Origin: Chthoniobacteraceae bacterium
GTDB lineage: Bacteria > Verrucomicrobiota > Verrucomicrobiia > Chthoniobacterales > Chthoniobacteraceae
DNA: 64,000 nt
NCBI GenBank assembly: GCA_037190965.1
Contig: JBBCKI010000029.1
Span: 1 to 64,000, forward strand
Reading direction: 5' to 3'
The notes below the pieces were generated by a model. The model was not told where the DNA came from. It saw only the letters and a program-made list of their open reading frames with translations, and ran no database searches. Below, one piece after another: positions 30,897-38,181 of the stretch. Made by a program: the position numbers and the translations under genes. The stretch's first letter is position 1. Each line of letters starts with the position of its first letter.

Positions 30897-32015
30897 ATGA
30901 ATGCCGCTGTAGAATACAATAGTGTGATGCCTCAAACCAGAGGTGTCGATCTTCCTTCCGGTCATGAGATCTCGTTTCTTGAGGTCGTCGCAAAGCACGG
31001 CTTGACCATTGGCCGGCGTTTTTTAAGTGAGATGAAGCCGCACGAGGTGGAGATCTCCCCATTGTTTAGTTCCATCAGCGCCGGGACTGAGTTGCACACG
31101 GTGCGCGAGTTCATGGCCGCTGAAGAGGGGAGCCAGGCCCCAGTGCGCACCGGGTACAGCCAGTCGGGTGTCGTCACTCGTGTCGGCTCTTTGGTCAAAG
31201 GGGTAAAAGTGGGTGATCGTGTGGCAGCCATCGGTGAGGGTGCCTACCATGCCACGCGGACCGTGGTTGCTCAGAATTTGGTGCGCCCGTTGCCCGATGG
31301 AGTTTGCGAGCGCGAGGCGGCGCTGGCAGCGATGTTTTGTTTCGCGTTGGAGAGTGTCCAGAAATCGGCGGTCCGGATCGGCGACAGCGTGGTGGTCTTC
31401 GGTGCGGGCATGATGGGCCAGATGGCCGCCCGGCTTTATCATCTCTCGGGAGCCCGCGTCTGCGTGATGGACTCCAACACGGTTCGGATGGGGCTGATGC
31501 CGAAGAAGGTAGCCACTTTTCCTCTCAATGATGAGGGCTGGAGCGCCCTTGCGGACTGGGCGAAGCCGCATGGCATCGAGCATGCCAGCATCTGTTTTGG
31601 CGGCGATGCCACGGAAGTCATCGCGAAGCTGAAGCCGAGCCTGAGCATCGCGCCGGATGGCGTTCCTCACGGGAGAATCGTCTTCCCTGGCGGCGCGCAT
31701 ATCAACGTCCTCATGGCTTCCAATATGGGGAATATCGAGCTGATCAGCTCCGCCAAAGCGGGCCCGGGCTATCGAGACGCCCACTATGAATCGGGGGCTG
31801 GTTACCCTTCGGCTTATGTACGCCACCCGGTGCAACGGAACATCGAAACAATGCTCGATTTGTTGCAGGACGGCCGTCTCGATCTCTCCCGTTTGATCAC
31901 TCACACGTTCCCGTTTGCGGAAGCCACAGCCGCCTACGACATGCTGCAGCAACCCGGTTGCGAAGCGCTCGCAGTACTGCTTCGGTACGACAGGGATTTG
32001 CCGGAGAAAGTGTAG
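30897..32015 (+). CDS. MDR-superfamily alcohol dehydrogenase-like oxidoreductase
   Basis: SISAGTE, TGYSQSG.V, VGDRV, GAGMMG, LITHTFPF. Confidence 0.88.
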   Translation: MNAAVEYNSVMPQTRGVDLPSGHEISFLEVVAKHGLTIGRRFLSEMKPHEVEISPLFSSISAGTELHTVREFMAAEEGSQAPVRTGYSQSGVVTRVGSLVKGVKVGDRVAAIGEGAYHATRTVVAQNLVRPLPDGVCEREAALAAMFCFALESVQKSAVRIGDSVVVFGAGMMGQMAARLYHLSGARVCVMDSNTVRMGLMPKKVATFPLNDEGWSALADWAKPHGIEHASICFGGDATEVIAKLKPSLSIAPDGVPHGRIVFPGGAHINVLMASNMGNIELISSAKAGPGYRDAHYESGAGYPSAYVRHPVQRNIETMLDLLQDGRLDLSRLITHTFPFAEATAAYDMLQQPGCEALAVLLRYDRDLPEKV

Positions 32016-32053
32016 TCGGCGAATTGCTAGACATAGCCCCCCTTACAAGATCC

Positions 32054-33505
32054 ATGATCTCCACGATCGAGCCGCCTGAACAGAAACGGTGGAAAGTCGG
32101 CACGTTGGTTTATACCTCCGGCGGGCTTGTCGCCCTCTTTATCTGGTTGCTCTTCGGGGATTTTGCATGGTCCATGAGAGACCGGTCCGTGGGCCCGATG
32201 GCGCATTGGTATCTTAAGCAACTGGGGGTTTCCAATCTGCTCTTCGGAATTTTGGTGAGCTCCTTCCCCGCGCTTGTCGGGTTGATCCTCGGGCCGATTG
32301 TCAGCATGAAGTCGGACCGGCACCGGGGAAAGTGGGGGCGTCGCATCCCGTTTTTGCTCGTGACCACGCCCATCGCCGCTTTGGGCATGATTGGGTTGGC
32401 GCTCACGCCGTTCCTCGCCAAATGGGTGCACGGGGTGCTCGACAAAGGGCACCCTCTCGGGGATTGGATGCAGCGGGCTTTTGAGAACAACGCCACCGGA
32501 GTCTGGTTTCTTGCGCAGATGCGGGACGAGGTTGTTATCGCAATTCTCTGTTTTGGAGTATTCTGGGCGGCCTTCGAGTTTGCCACCATTGCCGGGCAGG
32601 CAGTGTTTGGCGGACTGATCAATGACGTCGTGCCCAAGGAGTTGCTTGGCCGGTTCTATGGACTATTTCGTGCGGTCAGCCTGATCGACGGCATCATTTT
32701 CAACTACTGGATCATTGGTCACGTCCCAACGCATTTTACATTGATCCTCTGCTGCATTGGCGTTTTCTACGGCGTTGCGTTTACCTGGGTGTGTCTGAAG
32801 GTCAAGGAAGGCGACTATCCACCACCGCCTGAAGAAGCTCCTGTTTCCCGACGGAGGTGGGGAACATCGGCTGCCGCTTTGACGCGGACTTACTTTAAGG
32901 AGTGTTTCTCCAACTCTTACTACATCTCGATCTTTGTCATGTTGACGACGGGCGCGGTCGCCTTTCTGCCGGTGAATGCGTTTTCCATTCCTTACGCGCG
33001 CAGCGTCAACATGGACATGGCGTTTTACGGGAAATGCCTTTCGCTCACCTTCCTGATCTCACTCTGTCTCTCGTATTTCCTGGGTTGGCTGGCGGATATT
33101 TTTCATCCGATCCGGATGAGCATGGTGGCGCTGGTTGGTTATCTTTTTGTCACCGCATGGGGATGGACTTACGCGACGACCGCAAACTCATTCGCCATTG
33201 CGTTTGTGGCGCATGCGGTTGCCTCGGGGGTTTATGTCACTAGCGTGGCATCGTTGGGACAGCGGCTTTACCCGCATTCGAGGTATGCTCAGTTTGCATC
33301 AGCGGGTGGGATATTGATGTCGGTATGCACCATGGGGATCAGTCCCATCATGGGAATCGTAATCGATACGAGCGGGGCCGTGTATCAATATACCTTCCTC
33401 GCCGGTGGGATGATCGCGCTTTTGGCACTGGTGGCTTCATTCTATGCCTATGGTCGATTTGTAAAGCTTGGGGGCGTGAAGAACTATGTTGCCCCTGAAT
33501 CGTAG
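32054..33505 (+). CDS. MFS transporter
   Basis: ~12 TM segments, SDRHRGKWGRRIPF, GWLADIF. Start at MISTIE. Confidence 0.9.
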   Translation: MISTIEPPEQKRWKVGTLVYTSGGLVALFIWLLFGDFAWSMRDRSVGPMAHWYLKQLGVSNLLFGILVSSFPALVGLILGPIVSMKSDRHRGKWGRRIPFLLVTTPIAALGMIGLALTPFLAKWVHGVLDKGHPLGDWMQRAFENNATGVWFLAQMRDEVVIAILCFGVFWAAFEFATIAGQAVFGGLINDVVPKELLGRFYGLFRAVSLIDGIIFNYWIIGHVPTHFTLILCCIGVFYGVAFTWVCLKVKEGDYPPPPEEAPVSRRRWGTSAAALTRTYFKECFSNSYYISIFVMLTTGAVAFLPVNAFSIPYARSVNMDMAFYGKCLSLTFLISLCLSYFLGWLADIFHPIRMSMVALVGYLFVTAWGWTYATTANSFAIAFVAHAVASGVYVTSVASLGQRLYPHSRYAQFASAGGILMSVCTMGISPIMGIVIDTSGAVYQYTFLAGGMIALLALVASFYAYGRFVKLGGVKNYVAPES

Positions 33506-33517
33506 TTTTGTTGTGGG

Positions 33518-33534
33518 AAACCGGTCCAGTTTTG
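33518..33534. promoter_or_regulatory. Candidate operator, copy 2 (upstream of pilin-like gene)
   Basis: AAACCGGTCCAGTTTTG is identical to 23752-23768. Confidence 0.55.
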
Positions 33535-33607
33535 AGCTTTGAGATGCAAGTGCTGCCTTGTTCGTAGAACTCCAGTGAATAAGATAGATAAGACGATAAG
33601 AAAAGTG

Positions 33608-34387
33608 ATGAAACCCCCGCTAACTATCCGTCAGTCTTCCGCTTTTACCCTTATTGAGCTAGTGCTGGTCATTGCCGTGATTGCCGTGCTGGCGGTACTT
33701 GCTTTTCCCGTGCTTACCCGCATGCAAGAGTCGGGCAAGGTGGCAAAGAACGTCAATAATCTCAAGGCCCTGGGTACCGCCTATTTAACTTATGCGGCAG
33801 AGAATAACGGGAGAATTCCGCAGACAATGCAGAACATTCGTCGCAACGGAAAGAGCGGCGAAGGGTTATTCATGACGACGGGGATCGATATGTGGCCGAC
33901 AGGCAGTCCCCGTCGGCTGTTTACGAAGGAGAATTGGGAGTTTGGAACCGGTCCCAACGATTATCTCGGCAGCCCGGATGTATTTTATGGTCCTTTTACA
34001 CCCACCCTGAATGCAAATCGTCAATCCGGTGAGGTGTGGGAGCGTGTAGCGACGGCCTATCGGATCGGTTACGTCTTCTATTATCAGGTTCTCGAGGACG
34101 ATAGCGATGCGGGGTCCAGCGGAACAAAGCGCGTGGCGACCAATGACCCCTCCGGACGTCCCATTATCAATTCGCATCTTTCCACCGGCCACCCACGGGC
34201 TCCTCTTTTTTCGGATATCACCAGCGAGGCGTGGGCGAAGGAACTGGGCTTTCCTTGGGAGACGGTGAAGAACCTATACGTGGTTCACCTGGACGGGAGC
34301 GTCGATTCCGTTCCCGCTGAGCGGATCAAATACGGCAATGAGAACAAGGTCTTCACCATGGCGGGTTTCGTGCGGCAGCCGAAGTAG
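33608..34387 (+). CDS. Prepilin-type N-terminal cleavage/methylation domain protein (PVC pilin-like, DUF1559/H-X9-DG class)
   Basis: AFTLIELVLVIAVIAVLA..AFP, NNLKALG.A...Y..ENNG..P, C-terminal N..VVHLDGSV. Confidence 0.88.
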   Translation: MKPPLTIRQSSAFTLIELVLVIAVIAVLAVLAFPVLTRMQESGKVAKNVNNLKALGTAYLTYAAENNGRIPQTMQNIRRNGKSGEGLFMTTGIDMWPTGSPRRLFTKENWEFGTGPNDYLGSPDVFYGPFTPTLNANRQSGEVWERVATAYRIGYVFYYQVLEDDSDAGSSGTKRVATNDPSGRPIINSHLSTGHPRAPLFSDITSEAWAKELGFPWETVKNLYVVHLDGSVDSVPAERIKYGNENKVFTMAGFVRQPK

Positions 34388-34467
34388 GAGGCCGCTGTTG
34401 CGGGATTGCCGGTTTTCCTGGATGACAAGGGGGTCACGCCCTTATAGAGTCCGTAAAATTTCTTTTT

Positions 34468-36003
34468 ATGGACGCCCCAGCCCCCGCCCCGGCTCAAGCT
34501 GATCGGCAAGGGGGCACCAAGGCCTCCGCGCCGATGGGGCTGCCGTTTTTCATGATCGTGGCGGTCATGGGCCTTTGCGCGGTCAGCGGGGACAGCCTCT
34601 GGATTGATGAGGCTCATTGCGCGGTGGCGGCCATCCAGCCAGGGTTTTCGGGGTGGCTGCGGTGTTTGCTGGAGGTTCCCTCCGATGTGCAGATGTCGGT
34701 TTATTTTTTCCAGCTTTGGGGTTGGGAGAAGATCGCGGGCGGCGGGGAATGGATGCTGAGGCTCAATAACCTGCCGTGGTTCGCCCTTGGAGTGGGCGCG
34801 TGGTTCTTTGCGCTCCCACGAGCATTGAGGCTTCCGTTGGCGCTGGTGGCCGGGCTGAGCCCGTTTCTCTGGTATTACGTCAACGAATTGCGCCCCTATA
34901 CGATGGTCTTTGCCGGAAGCAGCATGATGTTCGCTGGGCTCTATCGGTTGGGGACGGCGGGGTTCAGCCGGGGCTGGTTCTGGTGTTTCGGTATGGGGAG
35001 TGTGTTGGCGGCGGCGGCTTCCTCAACGGCGATCCCCTGGGTGGGGGTTGCGGGGTTGGCGATGGGGTTTTTGCTTTTCCGACGTCGCCCTGCGGTTCCA
35101 ATTCCCCGGAAGGTTTACGGCATCACGGGGATTCTCGCGGTGCCGGGTCTCTTCATCATTGGCCTGTATGCCTGGAGTTTTCTTCAAGGGGCGCGGGCCG
35201 CAAGCCCGGAGCCTTCTTCGCTGGGTAGCCTGCTTTTTGTTCCCTATGAGCTGCTCGGTTTCGTCGGGCTTGGTCCGGGACGCGGGGAGCTTCGCGCCGG
35301 AGGTGTGATGAGCCTGAAGCCGTACTTGCCGTTGATCGGGGTGCTCGCGGTTTCGCTCGCTGCCGTTCTCATCGCTGGCATCGGGGCCCTTCGGAAGCAT
35401 GTCGGCGGGCGGAGATTGCTTGCGGGGAGCGCGTTGTTTGTCCTACCGGTCATTGCGGTCATCGGGCTGGGGTTATTCAGTGGCCTGCGAACCACCGGAC
35501 GGCATTTTACTCCCGCGCTCGCCCTCCTTCTGCCGCTCAGTGCCGTCGGTTTGAATGCGTTATGGGCCTCACGAAAGTCGGCATACCGGGTGGCCGTGAT
35601 TGGCTTTCTCATTTGCTGGGCCGGTTCCAGCGTGGAGTTGCGGACGGCAGCCCGGCATAAAAAGGACAATTACAGAGAGGCGACCCGGATCGCCCGAGAG
35701 GCGGTCGAGGGAGGTAAGCAAGTCTGGTGGCTCGCGGATCCTTGCGGCGCGGAGTACTACCGCTTGCCGCTTGCGCTTGGCGAAGAGGCTGAGCCTTCAA
35801 AGGCCCGCCGCATCGTCAATCTCGAAACGCTCCCTTCTCCGCGCCCCGATATCGTCGTCTTCAGCCGGGCCGACGTTTACGATCGAAGCGAAACCGTGGC
35901 GGCGGGGATGCTCGCCAGTGGCCCCTACCATCCGGTCCGCACCCTCCAAGGCTTTGTCATCTGGGAAAGACGCGCTGAAATCAGAACCTTGAACCAACCC
36001 TGA
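34468..36003 (+). CDS. GT-C fold membrane glycosyltransferase (family 39/83-like)
   Basis: SLWIDEA, GEWMLRL, SPFLWYYVNELRPY, multiple TM segments. Confidence 0.8.
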   Translation: MDAPAPAPAQADRQGGTKASAPMGLPFFMIVAVMGLCAVSGDSLWIDEAHCAVAAIQPGFSGWLRCLLEVPSDVQMSVYFFQLWGWEKIAGGGEWMLRLNNLPWFALGVGAWFFALPRALRLPLALVAGLSPFLWYYVNELRPYTMVFAGSSMMFAGLYRLGTAGFSRGWFWCFGMGSVLAAAASSTAIPWVGVAGLAMGFLLFRRRPAVPIPRKVYGITGILAVPGLFIIGLYAWSFLQGARAASPEPSSLGSLLFVPYELLGFVGLGPGRGELRAGGVMSLKPYLPLIGVLAVSLAAVLIAGIGALRKHVGGRRLLAGSALFVLPVIAVIGLGLFSGLRTTGRHFTPALALLLPLSAVGLNALWASRKSAYRVAVIGFLICWAGSSVELRTAARHKKDNYREATRIAREAVEGGKQVWWLADPCGAEYYRLPLALGEEAEPSKARRIVNLETLPSPRPDIVVFSRADVYDRSETVAAGMLASGPYHPVRTLQGFVIWERRAEIRTLNQP

Positions 36004-36118
36004 TAGCGATCGGACAATTTGACGCAATTTGCTGGCCGTCATCGAGACTCAGAGTTCTTCGCTGTTTTCGGTGGATTTGCAGAAAATGACTGAAAGTGAT
36101 CGATTTGGAGGACGGCGC

Positions 36119-36263
36119 GGTAGCCCGCTCTCGCCGAGAGCGCGGGATCGGTGAAGAGTCGCGTTTGGCGTTCATCCCCGCAGGACGCTTGTTGGCATTG
36201 GGATGAGGCTTTTATGAAGCCACAGGAGTCGATACCCGCGCTCCACGGCGCGAGCGGGCTACC
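36119..36263 (-). repeat. GTAG-type REP doublet, family A copy 3 (inverted)
   Basis: GGTAGCCCGCTCTCGCCGAGAGCGCGGG ... CCCGCGCTCCACGGCGCGAGCGGGCTACC. Spacer is the reverse complement of the other copies. Confidence 0.88.
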
Positions 36264-36310
36264 GGTGCTGCCGCACCATTCTTCGTTATGGAGCCTCCCA
36301 TCTTGCGCTA

Positions 36311-37147
36311 TTAGGCCTTGGCGAAAAGGTGGCGGCTCGGTTTTGCCTTTCCCTTCGCCGTGAGTTCCAGCCAGAGGCGGCCTTGTCTGCGGACCAGTTC
36401 AACCGGTTCGCCGAAAGCTTCGCTAAGGGTTTCATTATTGAGGGCTTTTGCCCGCTTTTCCGCCGCGAGCACGCGTCCTGCTTTTAAGACCAGGACATGA
36501 CTGATCCCCTCCACAATTTCTTCCACATGGTGCGTGACCAGCATCAAGGCCGGGGCGTTCTTTTTGCGGGTAAGCCGTTCGACAAATTGGAGAAACCGCT
36601 CGCGCGCCACCGGGTCGAGCCCGGCGCACGGCTCGTCGAGAATGAGCAGCTCCGGGTGGGCCATCAAGGCGCGGCCGATCAGGATGCGCTGCCGCTCCCC
36701 TTGGGAGAGAACCATCCAGGGGCGGTCGGCGAGGTTCTCGGAGTCGATTTGCCGCAGGATTTCCCGGGCTTCCTCTTTGTCTGCGGTGCGGATGCGGCCC
36801 CAGTAGTCGATCATCGCGTACTTTCCACTCAGCACGGTGATGAGGCCCGGCTCATGGTCGGGCATCTGCTGGCGAACGGCGGAACTGACGATGCCGATTC
36901 GCTTGCGGAGTTCCACCCAGTTCGAGGCCCCGTATTCCTGCCCAAGCACGAAGAGCTTCCCTGCGGTCGGCGTCTGATAGCCGGTCAGGGCGCTCAGCAG
37001 CGAAGTCTTCCCGGAGCCGTTTGCGCCGAGGATGGCCCAATGCTCCCCGGGGGCGACTTCCCAGGAGACTTTGTCGAGAATGCGGTTGCCGTCGCGGACG
37101 AGGGTCAGATCGAAAACACGGAGCTTCGGGGCAGCAGGGGATGGCAT
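36311..37147 (-). CDS. ABC transporter ATP-binding protein (ModF/YlmA-like)
   Basis: GEHWAILGANGSGKTS, LSQGERQR, LLILDEP, VTHH. Start at MPSPA. Confidence 0.92.
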   Translation of the reverse strand: MPSPAAPKLRVFDLTLVRDGNRILDKVSWEVAPGEHWAILGANGSGKTSLLSALTGYQTPTAGKLFVLGQEYGASNWVELRKRIGIVSSAVRQQMPDHEPGLITVLSGKYAMIDYWGRIRTADKEEAREILRQIDSENLADRPWMVLSQGERQRILIGRALMAHPELLILDEPCAGLDPVARERFLQFVERLTRKKNAPALMLVTHHVEEIVEGISHVLVLKAGRVLAAEKRAKALNNETLSEAFGEPVELVRRQGRLWLELTAKGKAKPSRHLFAKA

Positions 37148-37213
37148 AGTAGGGGGGCGATTCTCTCTGGACTCGGGGTTTCGCGCAATGCCGTTTCGGG
37201 GAAGGATGGGAAA

Positions 37214-37774
37214 ATGCGGTTGACGGATGGGGGGATACACGCTTTTCTCTACCGCGATTTGATTGCCTTCCGAACAATTCTGATAGCGGCCCTCTTCACG
37301 CTCCCCCTGACCAAGGTGACGGCGCGGGAAGGAGAGTCGCTGTTTGACATCAAGACGGCCCGCGCGCTGGTGAAGCAGGATGTCATCCAGAAGTTCGGGC
37401 CAAAAGCCGCAAACTTCCGTTACGACGCCAGAATGGTGCGTGCCGCCAAGATTGCCGAGGAACGCGCTCGCAAGTATTCGCAGAGAAGGTGCTGGCGTTA
37501 TGTCAAAACGGCTCTTCTTGAAGCCGACGTCATCGAGTCCTACCCCAAGACGGCTTACGCCAAGCAGGCGGGTGAGGAGTTGACCAGCCAGCACGGCTTC
37601 CGTCGCCTTCCGATCCGGGATCCCTTCAAGGCTCCCATCGGTTCGGTTCTGGTTTACGGCGGACAAGGCCCGGGTCATGTGGAAATTCGCACCACGGGCG
37701 GTTTTGTCAGCGATTTCGAGTCACCGACTCCCTCCAAGCGACCGCTTATCGGCGTTTTCGTCAAGCCGGGTTAG
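37214..37774 (+). CDS. Secreted CHAP/NlpC-P60-like cysteine amidase
   Basis: Hydrophobic N-terminus, CWRYVKTAL, G.VLVY, GHVEI, FVSDF. True start may be TTG 37259. Confidence 0.7.
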   Translation: MRLTDGGIHAFLYRDLIAFRTILIAALFTLPLTKVTAREGESLFDIKTARALVKQDVIQKFGPKAANFRYDARMVRAAKIAEERARKYSQRRCWRYVKTALLEADVIESYPKTAYAKQAGEELTSQHGFRRLPIRDPFKAPIGSVLVYGGQGPGHVEIRTTGGFVSDFESPTPSKRPLIGVFVKPG

Positions 37775-37936
37775 AGCAATTAGCGTCGAACGGCTTGTTG
37801 TTCGATCCGCATCAGGCCTTGTTTCCCGTCGTGCCCCATTCCAAAGCGGCGCAATAGCGCCGCACTCGTGATCTTCCATCACTCGGCGTAACCCTTGATT
37901 GTGAGCGGTTTTTTTCATGAGCGGTGCGGCAGCACT

Positions 37937-38084
37937 GGTAGCCCGCTCGCGCCGTCGAGCGCGGGTATCGGCTTCCGTGGCTTCATGAGGGTCGCATCCC
38001 AACGTCGGTAGTCCATCTTGCGGGGATGGGCGTCAAACGCGACTCTTCACCCCATCCCGCGCTCGACGGCGCGAGCGGGCTACC
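37937..38084 (+). repeat. GTAG-type REP doublet, family A copy 4
   Basis: GGTAGCCCGCTCGCGCCGTCGAGCGCGGG ... CCCGCGCTCGACGGCGCGAGCGGGCTACC, perfect 29-bp inverted repeats. Confidence 0.9.
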
Positions 38085-38181
38085 TTCCTGAGGACGCTTT
38101 CGCGTTGCGTCATGCGCGATAGGGGTGTGGTCGCGTCAATGGTGCGCGCGGCTTAATGCCGGTTTCAGCACTTCGTTTCCT

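Noticed and set aside
36311..37774. Extended overlapping ORFs 36311..37678 (-) and 36497..37774 (+)
   Set aside because: Each N-terminal extension is the antisense of the other gene. The real genes are divergent, starting near 37147 and 37214-37259.
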